A stretch of 64,000 nt of DNA, from NCBI RefSeq assembly GCF_009914755.1, contig NC_060925.1. One strand, written 5' to 3'. Shown in pieces: positions 1 to 15,712 of the stretch. Made by a program: the position numbers and the translations under genes. The notes beneath the pieces are model-generated. The model worked only from the letters and a program-made list of their open reading frames with translations. It was not told the origin of the DNA and did no database searches. Source of the stretch: the human T2T-CHM13v2.0 reference genome, Homo sapiens. Each line of letters opens with the position of its first letter. Position 1 is the first letter of the stretch.

Positions 1-75
1 TTTCTATATTAATTTGCTTAGGCTAACGGCCTCCAGCTGCAAAGAACATGATTTTGTTCTTTTTTATGGCTGCAA
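1..75 (-). mobile_element. L1 3' UTR fragment
   Basis: ggcctccagctgc...catgattttgttcttttttatggctgca resembles the L1PA/L1PB 3' end. Confidence 0.6.
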
Positions 76-122
76 CAAATCTCTTGAAAAACATAAAAAC
101 TTTAAATACTAAAAGCTTCATA

Positions 123-685
<563 letters not shown>

Positions 686-1489
686 ACAACCTGTCCTAGA
701 CAATGAAAGGATGCTGTGATCTCAACACTGGACTCTATCCACCGGGGATGAAGAAGCCCAGATTAAGGTCCCCTAAAAGGAAAATGCCCCAGGATTCTGC
801 TTTTGTTATCTGTCACAGGGTTGATTCTTCCCAGGTCACAATCTTACATGGTTTCTACATCACTGCATCACCAAATAAGTGGGAAAGCTAAGGACTATGT
901 GCTCACCTAACCTGGTGGGATGTGAAACAGCTGACCCCTTAATGTGACAGATAGAGCTCATGGTGGAGAACTGTGGTCAACAATGGGGATGTCAGATGTT
1001 CGGAATTCCAGTGTCCCTATTCTCACACATAACCTGTTCCTGAAAAGCATGTGAAAGCAGAAGAGCTGAGCGATAGACTTAATTTCAAAATGGGTTTTCA
1101 TTCCAAGAGTCAAAAGATATGAAAAATCCTTAGGCTATGAATGTTTAGTTTTAAAAGCTAGGGTATAAGCAATCATTTAAAACAAGATAAAGTAAATATG
1201 AAATGCAGATAAAGTTAATTTTCTTAAATTCTTAGCTCAAATTCTAGTCTTCTTGGCACACCTAAAGCAATATTTAGCAGACAAAAATAATTTTTAAAAA
1301 ACTGCTCAGAGACTTTGCAAGAAATGAGATGTTGTCTTACCAATTTTCTTTAAGAAATATCTTAAGACATAGTTGAACTCCTGCCTTTTCTTCTTTTTAA
1401 AAAAAGAAGTCGTGCAAGCTACATTCCTCCACAAACTCTATGGTCCTGTCAATATAACAGATTACTAAAACAGTCAACACGTTTCCTGT

Positions 1490-1782
1490 ATTTTTGTTTA
1501 TTTTTTGAGATGGAATTTCGCTCTTGTTGCCCAGGCTGCAGTGTAATGACATGATCTCAGCTCACCCCAACCTCCACCTCCTGGGTTCAAGCGATTCTCA
1601 GCCTCCCAACTAGCTAGGATTACAGGCATGTGCCAACGTGCCCGGCTAATTGTTTGTATTTTTAGAGAGACAGGGTTTCACCATGTTGGTCAGACTGGTC
1701 TCAAACTCCTGACCCCAGGTGATCCACCCACCTCGGCCTCCCAAAGTGCTGGGATTACAGGCATGAGCCACCACACCTGGCC
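1490..1782 (-). mobile_element. AluS
   Basis: Alu consensus; TSD cctgtattttt. Confidence 0.92.
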
Positions 1783-2302
1783 TCCTGTATTTTTTAAATA
1801 TAACTTAATTTTGCTATTGTCCTCTTTAGTTGAATTATCATAGTAGATATCCATTGCCAGCATTCCTTCTTCCATTTTAGAACTCTGTTCCTTCTACCCA
1901 TTGGTGCCCACCACAGTACCTCATCCCCCATTAAAGAAGAAGGGACAAAGATGCAAGTTGGACTTTACCAGTCTTTTTCAGGATTTTCCTCCCTGAAGAT
2001 TACAGGAAACATCCTTTGACTCTCCATTTATGAAAGCTGGAATAATGGGAATCTAGAAAAACCATGAAGAAAGACTGCAGGGAAAAAAAATAAAGCTAAG
2101 CAAATATGAAAGAGTCCTATTTAACCAAAATGGTCAGCTCTGTTCTCATCTTTGAGGTCCTCAAGCTGCCCTAGCTCCAGCAACTCTCACTTTGCCTCTA
2201 CCAGGAGAACTAACTTGAGTTTCTATCAGTGCCAACAAAAAAATCTTGTCTGATAAACAGTCAGCTTAAGTACAAACTGGGTATCGTTCTACTGAGGTTA
2301 AA

Positions 2303-2663
2303 TGCTACAGTTTGAATGTATGTGTCTCTCCAAAATCCCTATGTTGAAACTAATCACCAAGGTGATGATATTGCAAGGTGGGGCCTTTGGGAGGTGAATA
2401 GGTCACAAGGCCTCCAACCTCGTGAATGGCATTTATGCCCTTAAAAAAGAGCTAGGCCCTCCTGCCTTTGTGCCTTCTACCATGTGAGAATGCAGCAACA
2501 AGGCGCCATCTATGAAGCAGAGAGCAGCATTCAACCAAACACTGAATCTCTTGGCAACTTAATATTGGGCTTCCCAGGCTCCAAAACTGTGAGAAATAAA
2601 TTTGTGTTTATAAATTACCCAGTCTAAGATGTTGTGTTATAGCAGCAAGAACAGACTACAACA
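2303..2663 (+). mobile_element. MaLR solo LTR (MST/MLT1A type)
   Basis: tgctacagtttgaatg...ggtggggcctttgggaggtga...ataaattacccagtct...gactacaaca. Confidence 0.85.
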
Positions 2664-3199
2664 CCAAAGAATTACCACTTTTGGAAAACCAAGTGACTTC
2701 CATCTTTATCTCAACTGTGTTAGCATTAACATTTCCTTTCTTCTATTCTCTAGTTATTTTTATAAAGGCAAAACCACAATAGCGTTCAAATAAATACACT
2801 ACAAAGGCACTGATACTAGTGAAAATGAGCTGAGTGGACAAGTTGTATCACCATGCAATACAGTTCAAATCATTGTCAGCTGACATATGAGACACTAAAC
2901 TGAGAAAGAGGAATGGTATTTCACGACACAAGTACATATCATATGAGAAAAACACACAAATAAAATCCTCTAGTGAGAATTTTTGTTCTCAGTCATTGGG
3001 AAGGAAATAGGTAAACTTTCTTCTGGCCTATCAAAAGAAAAATTATGGGCTCTACAGTTTACAAAATGAGAAAGACAGTTTTAATACAATGTGTCTTAAA
3101 TTGATATTATTTATAATTTAGCCCCCTGCGTTATTTTTATGTCTGAAACTTTGGGAAAAATGTTACTGAAACACCTAAGTATAAACTTGTATGAAAATA

Positions 3200-3560
3200 T
3201 CACAACACCCTGATTTGGACACGTGGTATTTAAAGTGCCTATTAGTTATACAAAGAGAATTAAGATGCCAGCTTATTTATCTAGGGCTCAGGAGCAAGAG
3301 CCAGGTAAAAAATAAATCTAGGAATAAGCAGCACACAGGTTGTAAAGCCCAGGGAGTAACATTGTGGAGGAGGGGAAGACTGATGGGGAGAAGAAAATGA
3401 AAAGGGAGGAAAGGAACAAGATACAGCCAATGAGATAAGGAGAGAACCAAGGGAGCTTAAAATCACTGCAAAGTGGCTCGAGGCCAGAATGGTCAACTGT
3501 GCTGAGTGCTGTTATGAGGCCAGAGGAGACCAGATAAGACCTCCCTGTTATCAACTTTCA
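3200..3560. mobile_element. L2 fragment
   Basis: Purine-rich degenerate L2-like motifs (gtcaactgtgctgagtgctg...). Confidence 0.5.
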
Positions 3561-3844
3561 GTAGGAATGGTGTCCCCTGACCCTCCTTCTATTCAGGGAG
3601 AAAATTTTCCATACTTAATACTAAATTATCTAACAAGTTCTTAGGGAAAAGCTACTTTACCTCCAGAGTTGTTAATGATTTCCTAGCTAAAGAAGTAGCA
3701 GTGACTCAGGCTACATCTAATTAGCACCCCTGGACAAGGTGGCTACTGAATGTAACTTTCAGACGCCTCCAGACACACCAAGCCCAGTGGTGGAGTGGAG
3801 AAGAGAGCCAAACCTACCCCAGCTCTCAAGGGAAATGTCATGTG

Positions 3845-3910
3845 AAACATACACTGTTTTGTCCCCTACCAACTTATAAACATACACTGTTTTGTCCCCC
3901 ACCAACTTAT
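3845..3910. repeat. 33-bp tandem duplication (2 copies, 1 mismatch)
   Basis: aaacatacactgttttgtcccc(t/c)accaacttat x2. Confidence 0.95.
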
Positions 3911-4149
3911 CAAAATAATTAAGGGGGCTGAAAAGCAGAAAAGGGCAGTTACTTCATGTTTCCAAAAGAATTCACCTTAACTGGGCAAAACAGAATATAA
4001 GCAGCTGAAGGGGCAGAAACTGGTAAACCAGGCTTTCCTTCTTTCTAATCCAATCTCAACCACGATTATAATTCTGGGTGTAATTCAGGATAGAAGCTCA
4101 GCAGAGCTGTAAATCAATTCTTCTTAGATTTAAAGGTCAGCATCAAAAC

Positions 4150-4560
4150 ATTCCCTCCTATTGCTGGCTGAGGTGAAATGGACACTCCATATATTTGCTG
4201 GCTGGCATGAAAACTGGTACAACACTTTTGGAAAGCATTTTGGCAATAAGATTCAAGAGCTTTTAAAATCGTTTCTATTCCTTCAGGGATCTAATACTAT
4301 TTCTGGAAATCCATCTTAAGGAATTAGTCTGCAATTAGGAGGGGAAAAAAACCTTTGGGTTCATGAAAGCATTATTCATTACACAAAATCCCTGTAAACC
4401 ACATAAATAGCCATTTTAAAGGAAGTAAGTAAATTACAGTGAAATATGCAACTAATAAAATTCTAAGTTTTTAAAAAACATAGAAAATGCAAAACATATC
4501 AAATGAACAAGGCAAAAAATGTATCAAGTATAATCACACATATATAAATGCACAAAAATA
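4150..4560 (+). mobile_element. Old L1 (L1M) 3' fragment
   Basis: aactggtacaacacttttggaaagcattttggcaat motif. Confidence 0.6.
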
Positions 4561-4595
4561 AAAGAAGAACATTTTTTTAAAAGATGGTGCAACTA

Positions 4596-5619
<1,024 letters not shown>

Positions 5620-6259
5620 TTAAGAATGGTAGTAGAGATATTACATGGCAGAAAAAAAGCAGAGTCTGCAAAAACTCATCCCTATTCATCAATTGGAAGT
5701 TAATGACTCCTTGCAATGTTTTTCTCCCTTTTTACTCCTCCCTATTGCTCTTTATTCTAAACTGCCAATACTACAATTAACTCCAGATTATTCGTGAAAA
5801 AGAAGATCATAAATTTAGAGAATACTAAGTGGATGATCCAATGCCAACTGGCTTTAGTCTTTGGATGGCATCATATTAAAATTCTCTAACAGCAAGTGTA
5901 CCTTCCTATTTACATTAAATGACCAGAAAATGATTTGCATTCTCTATTGGAAGGAATGGCATGAAAAATGGTCCAGAAACAAACTGAAAAAGGAAAGTAA
6001 GTCCTTTCTATATAATTAACCATAATATGTATAATTTCATATACAAATAACACAATATAAAATAACATAAACTGCATCCTTTTGAAATATTTAGAAAAAA
6101 AATGTCTAGAAGATTGCAGGGATTTATAGCCAAACTAAATTTGTTAACAGTCCAAAATGCTGTTAAACTGTATTAACTTTACTTGGAAAAGCTACAGAAA
6201 GTAATTTTTTTTTTAAATCAATGCTCTTAACCACTAAACAAAAAAGAAAGTAATTCCAA

Positions 6260-6470
6260 AAGAGGGTAACATAGCATAATAGTTGAGAGCACAGAAGAGT
6301 TGGACTGTTGGTGTTTGAATTCCGGCTCCACTAATTACTACTTTTGTGTTCCTTTTTGTGCCTCACTCTTCTCATTTGGAACAAAAGTACTTCTCGTACA
6401 TATAGGGTTCTTACGAAGATTAAACGAATTAAAGGATTTAGAAGACAGTCTGGACTAAGTTACTAAATGG
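6260..6470 (+). mobile_element. MIR
   Basis: tttgaattccggctccactaattacta...tctcatttggaa core. Confidence 0.6.
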
Positions 6471-7260
6471 GATGCAAAAGGTTGTTATCCAGGAGATGAA
6501 CAGTTGATATTTGCACAACTATGTGAAACACTCGAAATGGTTAAAATTGTAAATTTTGTGTTATATATATTTTATCACAATTTTTAGAAGGCTATTAGCC
6601 ATCACCCATTTGCTATAAAGGCATTTTAATTTCTCCTGGCAGAAAATAAATTATCATACATGAGACTTCATACAAGTTTAGGGTTCCTATTTAAAAAACT
6701 TTATCAATAAAAGGGTTTTTTGGGTTCATGTTTTTCATAAATAAATTTAAAAATAATATGATGTGCTTACAATAAACTTCTGATGTTCAAATTATACAAC
6801 TTGAATTCTCAAGCTAAAATTTACTCTTTGGAAGTTGGCAATATTACCCCTGTTACAGCAACAAAACAAAAATACACTGCTCTAACCTGAAACAACTTGG
6901 AAACAGATCTATAAACCCTTTGAACACTAGCATTTTATTGTATCTTCTAGTAAGTACAGAAAGACTTCACCGACCTTAAATATAACCAATTACAAATAGC
7001 AACAAAATTTTTTAAATGCTTGTTTTAAAATAAAACCTTGCAAACTAGCCCCAAACCACTTCTCTCAGATTACAAAATGAGCATGTGGTGAAAAGGGACA
7101 GAGAATACCAATTTACTATACCCTATACTGACTGACAATTTTTGTTGCATAGCAACAAGATTCTGCAGTCTGAAAACAGCACAGAACTCCTTTTCTTGAT
7201 TTGCCAAGCCACAATTAACCCCACCAAGGCTGAGAAGTATGCAAAACAAATCTGTACAAA

Positions 7261-7581
<321 letters not shown>

Positions 7582-8183
7582 TTAAAAGTCTAATGATATA
7601 AATTCTAAAACTATAAAATCACAAGCCCAAATTCCAGCCTATTTACAACTTGAAAGTATTAATATGCCTTCACTCTCAAAGTTTCTCCATGTACCAGCAA
7701 AAAGTGCCAGTGCTCATTTTTGGACTACATTTCTTTTGAAAGCATCATCTAGCAAGAGTTAGTTGTTTTGTTTTGTTTTGTTTTTTTAATCCTAGGTAAT
7801 AGCATACCCACAGATTTTGTTTCCTAATTTTAAAGACATCATTTGATCCCTTCAGTTTATTTTCTAAAAATTATAATTTATAAGAAAAGACTATAATGTC
7901 TTAACAGTTTAAGTTTTTCTCCTACTCACAATTTGTTTGTACTATTTTTATGGATTGCCTTTGTAGGTAACTAGTAACAATTCACAAAACATTTTTGTTT
8001 TTTCACAAAATTCTACTTCACCTAGAGAACAAAAAACAAGATTGCAGTTATTCTTGCGGTAGCTTTAAATACTTTCATTGTTTAGAGGTTTCCTCCTTTA
8101 TTTTGAGAATGTTAAATGGCTGCCAATCTCCGCCTAAGAAACAGATTAAATAGAGAAAACATCTATGTAGAACAGTGGTTCTC

Positions 8184-8481
8184 AGCTGGGTGCAGGGGCT
8201 CACACCTGTAATCCCAGCACTTTGGGAGGCCAAAGCGGGCAGATCACCTGAGGTCAGGAATTCAAGACCAGCCTGGCCAAGTGGAGAAATCCCATCTCTA
8301 CTGAAAATACAAAAATTAGTTGGGCATAGTGGCAGGCGCCTGTAATCTCAGCTACTCAGGAGACTGAGGCAGGAGAATCTCTTGAACCTAGGAGGCGGAG
8401 GCTGCAGAGAGCCAAGATCACGCCATGGCACTCCAACCTGGGTGACACAGCGAGACTCCGTCTCAAAAAAAAAAAAAAAAA
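8184..8481 (+). mobile_element. AluS inserted at the end of an old hAT/Charlie-type DNA element (~8173-8775)
   Basis: TSD agtggttctca; cagtggttctcaa is a typical hAT-Charlie terminus. Confidence 0.85.
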
Positions 8482-9005
8482 GTGGTTCTCAACATTTCCA
8501 AAGATGAAAAGACCTTTTAACTTCATGAATAATTGCTCTACTTTTAATACTGTATATGTTGACTGAAAAAATGTGATTTAAAAGCACATTATATTTGCAA
8601 GCTTTTAAATGAATCTATACATTATCAGAAAAGCATCTACATATAGTTGAAATATAATGCATGTAAAGGCTGGCATCTTTGGATTACAGACAAATCTTGC
8701 TATACCTAGGGGTTCAACTATTCTTTAAAGGAATGGCGCAGACGCCCCCCAGGGCTCACAAACTGGAAGTCATTAATCCAGTGGAAAAGTTCAAATTATT
8801 TTGAATAAAACACTTAGGGTAAGGTGCATATAGGCTTGGAAATGAGACAAAGCTGGGTTCAGGTCTAGGTGCCACTACTTACTAACCATGCAGGCTTGAC
8901 ATTAATGAAGACATGTTCCCTGTATGGTGGCTTACGGACTGGAAGACATAATGTACAGGAAGTATGTGGCATGTTAGTTCTGTTCCTTAAACTGTCACTC
9001 AAAGT

Positions 9006-9316
<311 letters not shown>

Positions 9317-9479
9317 AACTGTCACTCAAAGTCTTTAACACCCCAGCCCAACTGCCATTATTTCCTACTGCTTCCAACACAAACTCCAACATGAGACTTG
9401 AGACAGCATTGGATGTGATCTTAAGGATGAAAAATGAAATTTGAGAAACAGCATTGAAAGGTAAAATAAGAGGCTATAG

Positions 9480-9720
9480 AAAGTATTAAGAGCAAGGACT
9501 TTGGAGTTACGCAGGACTTAGATCTGAATTTCAGCTGTCATTTATCTACTGTATGACTCCAGCCAAGTCACTTAAGTATCCTAAGCCTTGGTTTCCTACA
9601 CTGTAAAACAGCAATGACGACATGAATCTCATGGCTTATTCGAATCCATTAAATGAAATGATCCATGTGAAGTTGCCTGGCCTATCTTTAAATATTCAAC
9701 AAATAATATCTATTAATATT
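9480..9720 (+). mobile_element. MIR
   Basis: ccaagtcacttaa...gtttcctacactgtaaaa core. Confidence 0.7.
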
Positions 9721-10325
9721 ATTTATCAAAGTTATCATATATAATTGGTTAGACCACTTAATTTGCACCAGGTGTGAACAAACATTACCCAAAGGTTAGC
9801 CTCAGAGATGCTCTGGTCTGTGGCGAAGGACTTATACCCTGTGGCATGCATGTTTTGGATATTCAGCTATGAGGCCTCTGGATCAGTAAGGACATTTAAT
9901 ATCAGGTCTTTGGAACTCAAAAGCTAATCTTTAAAAATAAGTTTATTTTAAGTATTTGCAATAAATTAACAATGAAGTACCTCAACTTCTTTAAAAGTGT
10001 TTTATTTTTTCCATTTCACTTACGTTAAAATTCAAAAGCTGATTTTTTTTCTTTAGTCAGTTCCAATTTATAAATGAGCTTATGATTTTTAGGATACAAA
10101 CTGATTTTCTTTCTTGAAACTGCTTATAAATTGTGGTTGGGGTACTAGGCTAGTCTATTAAAGTCTAAGCAACCAAACAGATATGTGCATTTTGTAATAA
10201 AAGTAGGAAACGGCATGAATGCCACCTCATCTCACTTAAAGCATTTAAGAGTTTAAAATATGTTGAACATATTTTTTAAAATGTGTAACTTATATAGTAG
10301 TTGCTGACATTTTACAGAATTTAAA

Positions 10326-10545
10326 GAGGTTCTCCAAGAGTGATTTTAGCCCTCATAAACATCTGGCAGTATGTAGAGACATTCTGGTTGTCTCTTCTGG
10401 GAGAGAAAGGTTAAGGTGTGTACTACTGGTATTTGGTGGGTACAAACTAGGGATACTGCTGAACATCCCACAATTCACAGTACAACCCTGTAACAGGGAA
10501 TTATCTGGCCCCAAACATCAATAATGTTGAGGTTGAGAAACTCTG
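10326..10545. mobile_element. MER20 DNA transposon
   Basis: ggttctc...aattatctggccccaaacatcaataatgttgaggttgagaaactctg. Confidence 0.8.
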
Positions 10546-10584
10546 AAAGTAGGCACTGATGTTTTAAGAAAAAAACACTAAACT

Positions 10585-11445
10585 CTCTTTGAAAAGACCT
10601 GCGAATATCATTTCCCTAGTGTCATTTGAAAAGATTATCCCTTCTCTCAGGAGAAAGTTCTTGTCACTGTCATCAAAAATCTATTGAATGTGAGGGTTTA
10701 CTGGGCTCTCTATTCTATTCACTGGTCTGTAGGTCTGGTCTATAGGTATGTCCTTACTATGCCTTACTATGCCTTTACCTGTTTTGATTACTGTAACTGC
10801 AAAGTTAAGTTTTGAAATCGGGAAGTGTCTCCTCCAACTCTGTTCTTTCTCAAGATTATTTTGGCTATTTGGGGTCCCTTGAAATTCCATATGAATTATT
10901 TTTGCAAAAAACGCCATTGGGATTTTGATAAGGATTACGTTGTGTCTGCATATCAATTTAAGTAGTACTGTCACCTTAACAATATCAAGTCTTATCAACT
11001 ATCACATCTTAACAATTATCAAGTCAATATCAAATTTATGAAGACAAAGTCTTTTTATTTATTGAAGTCTTTTCTTTCAACAATATTTTATAGTTTCAGT
11101 GTACAAGTCTTTTACTTCCTTGGTTAAATTTATTCCTAGGTGTTTATTTCTTTAGATGCTACTGTAAGTGAAATTGTTTTTATATAAAATTTATTTTTAA
11201 AGAAACAGTCTATGTTGCCCAGGCTGGTCTCAAATTCCTGGCCTCAAGTGATCCTCCCATCATAGCCTCCCAAATTGCTGGGAATTATAGGCACAAGCCA
11301 CCACACCTAGCCTGAAACTGGTTTAATTTTTTTCAGTTGTTTATCGTAGGTGTATAGAAATAACTGATTTTTGTGTGACGATCTTGTACCCTGCAACTTT
11401 GCTGAAGTCGTTCATTAGCTCCAGCTGCTTTACTGTGGAATCTTT
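10585..11445 (-). mobile_element. L1 ORF2 fragment with an inserted Alu monomer (~11190-11312)
   Basis: ORF 10681-10998 translates to L1 ORF2p-like sequence (IVK..LLKLI.R.N.I.IKIPMAFF...). Confidence 0.85.
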
Positions 11446-11574
11446 GCATATATTTATTTTTATTGTGTACATGCATGTCTCCCTCTGTATCTGTCACCTG
11501 AGACAATTAGTTCATCTGACTAATGAGAGAGATGAATGAGACCACTGTGGTCCATACTCAAAGAGGAAACTCAG

Positions 11575-12082
11575 GCAAGAAGTTGATGTTGAAGTCCTAA
11601 CCCTCAGTATATCACAATGTGACCTCTTTTACAAGCAGGGTCTTTGCAGATGTAATTAGTTAAGATGAGGTCACACCAGAGTAGAGTGGACCCCTTAATC
11701 CAATATGGCTGGTGTCTTTATAAGAGGAAGAAAACATCAACTGAAGACAGACAGGAAAAGACAGCCATGTGACTGCAGAAGCATGAGACTGAAGTGATGG
11801 ACCTAGAAGCCCAGGAATGCCAAAGACTGCCAGCAAACCCAAGCCAGAGAAAGCAATTCTGCCTCAAAACTGTAATACAGAAATCCTCCTGTTTTGAGTT
11901 TCCAGCTTACTGACTTGCTCTGCAAATTTCAGACTCAAGATGCAACATCAATTCTTGCCTGAGTTTCCAGCCTGCCTGTTGGCCTTACAATTTTCAGACT
12001 TACCAGCTCCCATAATCATGTAAGCCAATTCCTTTAAATAAACAAATACTGGTTCTGTTTCTCTAGAGAACCCTGGCTAATA
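11575..12082 (+). mobile_element. MLT1B/C LTR fragment followed by an MLT2 LTR 3' fragment
   Basis: gtctttgcagatgtaattagttaagatgaggtca; ctggttctgtttctctagagaaccctggctaata. Confidence 0.75.
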
Positions 12083-12515
12083 ATGATAGGAGCATTTATG
12101 AAAACAGGGGAAGAGTAGATGTGGAGGTCACAAAAAATTAACTGCCTACCTCAGAAGTGTACCCAAGATCTGCATAAATTTATGTAAAGTTTTTGTAAAG
12201 CCCTTACTGTATTAGTTTCTAATTTTAGTTAACTTTTTACAGACTCAGAAAAAACTAACAGTCAATATGTTACAGGGAAACAGAACTGCTGACTGGGTGA
12301 CAAGATTCTTATTTTGTATAACATTTCCAGGCAGGAAAAATAAAACCAAATATATTTGATGTCTTGTCTTTATATTTTCAAGTGCATATTGAAAATTTTG
12401 GTTAAAATGTTATACCATGACACCTTCACTTTGTCACTTACCAAAACATCCTATGTACAATATAAAATTGTTTAAAGTACTGTCCCAATACCTTTATTAA
12501 AAATCAGATGATTTA

Positions 12516-12660
<145 letters not shown>

Positions 12661-13152
12661 ATAAAATGAGAAGGCCAAAAACAATCAATAGTCATGAGTT
12701 TAGTTTTTTAATTTATTCAAAAAAGTTATTAATAGTGTCTCATTGAACCCAGCATGATATAAAGTGTTCAGAGAAATGTGTCATGAGTTTATACTCCGTT
12801 TTTTTAAGGGAAAAATGTATGTATGACACACCAAAAGAGCTAGTCGACAAAAACTATGAAGAGAGACTCAGCCTGGAACAATCACTAAAGACAAACCAGA
12901 AGAGGAAACTAAAGCAAGAATGGGATTGAGGTGAGCACAGAGAAGGCAGCTTTCCAGAAGACAGACAGAATAAAAGTAATGAAACCGCAACTTCACTGGT
13001 ACCTTTGGAAAACAATAAACGACCATTCTGAAGTGAATTCACATGGGGAGTATTGAAAGGCACTGCTGAACTGTTTCTCGAGGGCCCTGAATGCCAAGTT
13101 AAGACATCTCTTCTGTGTGCTCCAGGGTGCAGGGGAAGGTTTCTTCAGTAGA

Positions 13153-13469
13153 TTTTTTTTTTGTTTTCTGTTGTTGTTGCTTGGTTGTGAGACAGGGTCT
13201 CACTCTGTCGCCCAGGCTGGAGTGAAGTGGTGCAATCTCTGCTCACTGCAACCTCTGTCTCCCGGGTTCTAACTATTCTCATGCCTCAGCCTCCCGAGTA
13301 GCTGGGATTATAGGCATGCGCCATCACGCCCAGCTAATTTTTGTATTTTTAGTAGAGACGGGGTTTCACCAGTTAGCCAGGCTGGTCTAGAACTCCTGGC
13401 CTCAAATGATCCACCCGCCTCAGCCTCCCAAAGTGCTGGGATTACAGGCGTGAGCCACCGTGCATGGCC
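13153..13469 (-). mobile_element. AluS
   Basis: Alu consensus. Confidence 0.92.
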
Positions 13470-13739
13470 TTTTTTTCAGGAGAAAGTTTAGACAGGATGG
13501 CTGACCACACGGGAACCACACATTATGAAGGGAAGGTAGGGTGACAGATCTAGGGGGAGAACTTAGTTCTAAGTAATGCAAATAACCATTCTATGTCTGG
13601 GTGCTGGTTTTTAATTTAAATATTCATCTTAAATTATAAACATCATTTTAAAATACAGGTACTCTAAGAATTTAACTGGCTATTTGCTTTCAGAGTGCCT
13701 AAAAAACAGAAACTTTCATATTAAGTTAAAAAAGGCAAC

Positions 13740-13900
13740 AGTGGGTGTGATGGCAGGTGCCTATAGTCCCAGCTACTTAGGAAGCCGAGGTGCAAGGATG
13801 GCTTGAGCCCAGGAGTTCCAGGTTGCAGTGAGCTATGATCGCGCCACTGCATTTCAGCCTGTGTAACAGTCAGGCCTTGTCTCAAAACAAGAAAAAGCAA
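13740..13900 (+). mobile_element. FRAM / Alu right monomer
   Basis: Right-arm consensus only. Confidence 0.8.
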
Positions 13901-14196
13901 GCAAGCAAAAAGGGCAAAACAACATTCAGAAGCTTGAACTTTATTTTTTGTTTTAATCTCATGGTACAATACAAAGAAAACAATAAACAGAATATGCCCA
14001 ATCCATAAAAACTCTAACTACATTATAGCAAATTTCAAAACAAGGCAATGAATTATTAATCCCATTTTGCAAAAAAAGAAATTAAGGTTTGGGAAAGTCA
14101 AGGTCTCACAGCCAGTAAATAGCAGAATGGCTCTGAAGTCAATGCTGATTCTATTAAACTTGACTAACCCCAAAATGCAAACACCTTGAAAAAAAA

Positions 14197-14434
<238 letters not shown>

Positions 14435-15316
14435 TAATGTCTCCTCCCCCACTAAACTGTAAGTCTAAGGCAATGGGTCATACCTATGCACATTTTTACT
14501 TTTTTGTAAGTTATTGTTGAGGATTTTTCTTATTGGGTCATTTTACTTACTTTGGAATCACTGAGAAAGTAAAATTGTGCAGGACTTAGGCCATAATGAG
14601 GAGGAGCTTAGTGGAGCTTGGTCTTAATTCCAAGAGCAATGGGAAGGCACTGAAGTAGTTCAGACTCAAGGCTGAGCTGATCAAATCTAAATTTCATAAA
14701 GATCTAACGGCTCACAGCTAACAGATTGCATAGGAATAATAGACCAATGCAATAAATTAGAGAATCTATAACGACATATATGTAAAAATGTAATACAGAA
14801 CAAAATAGGTACAAGGGTCTTAAAATCAAAGTTCATTATCAGACACAGAAGTTGCCAGGGAAGCAAAAGTATTCTTAACACAAAAATATCCGCTAATGAA
14901 CTAAACATTTATAATATCAGTCCCCATTAAACATCCCTCCCAAAGCAGCATTAGCCTCTATGTCAGGCCATTTCACCTTTGCCCTGTCAGTCTCTCAATG
15001 ATTGACAGGTTATTTCAATTACAAAGCAACACAATGCATATCATCTACAAAGTGAAAGTGCAAACATTCCAAAAGATGTAGGCCTTTATGAAGTCACTGA
15101 AAATGATGAAAACTCTTTACAAAGCAACTGAAAAAAATGAGTATTTGGAAAGATACTGACTGGGAAGGGGCATGAGGGAACTTAATGGCCTAAGTGTGTT
15201 CTATATCCAGACCTGGTTGGTGGCTACACAGGTATGTATACATAGTAAAAATGTACCAAGCTATATGTATACATGATTTATGCATTTAGCTGTATGTAAA
15301 TGATACCTTAAGAGAG

Positions 15317-15660
15317 CTGCTATGGTTTGAATCTTGAAACTCATGTTGAAATTTAACTGTAACAGTACTAAGAAGTGATTCGGCCATGGGCATTCCACCC
15401 CCATCAATCGATTAATAACATTATGATGGGAGTGGGTTAGTTACCACAGGAATTCAACCCCTTTTTTCTGTTTTGAGCATACACCATCTTGCTCTGAGAT
15501 GCCTTCCACCATGTTATGAGACAGCAAGAAGGCCCTCACCAGATGCAACCCCTTGATCTTGGACTTCTCAGCCTCCGAACTGTGAACCACATAAATCTCT
15601 TTCCTTTATAAATTACCCAGTCTGTGGTATCTGTTATAGCAGCACAAAATGGACTATGGC
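15317..15660 (+). mobile_element. MST-type MaLR LTR
   Basis: tgctatggtttgaat...gaaggccctcaccagatgc...ataaattacccagtctgtggtat. Confidence 0.85.
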
Positions 15661-15666
15661 GGGATT

Positions 15667-15668
<2 letters not shown>

Positions 15669-15710
<42 letters not shown>
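15669..15710. repeat. (CA)n microsatellite
   Basis: About 21 perfect CA units. Confidence 0.98.

Positions 15711-15712
<2 letters not shown>

Noticed and set aside
690-1080. Moderately GC-rich unique stretch that looks vaguely coding
   Set aside because: The plus-strand frames I translated contain multiple stops and I recognise no parent gene or repeat.
10681-10998. 105-aa ORF
   Set aside because: Degenerate L1 ORF2 fragment, not a host gene.
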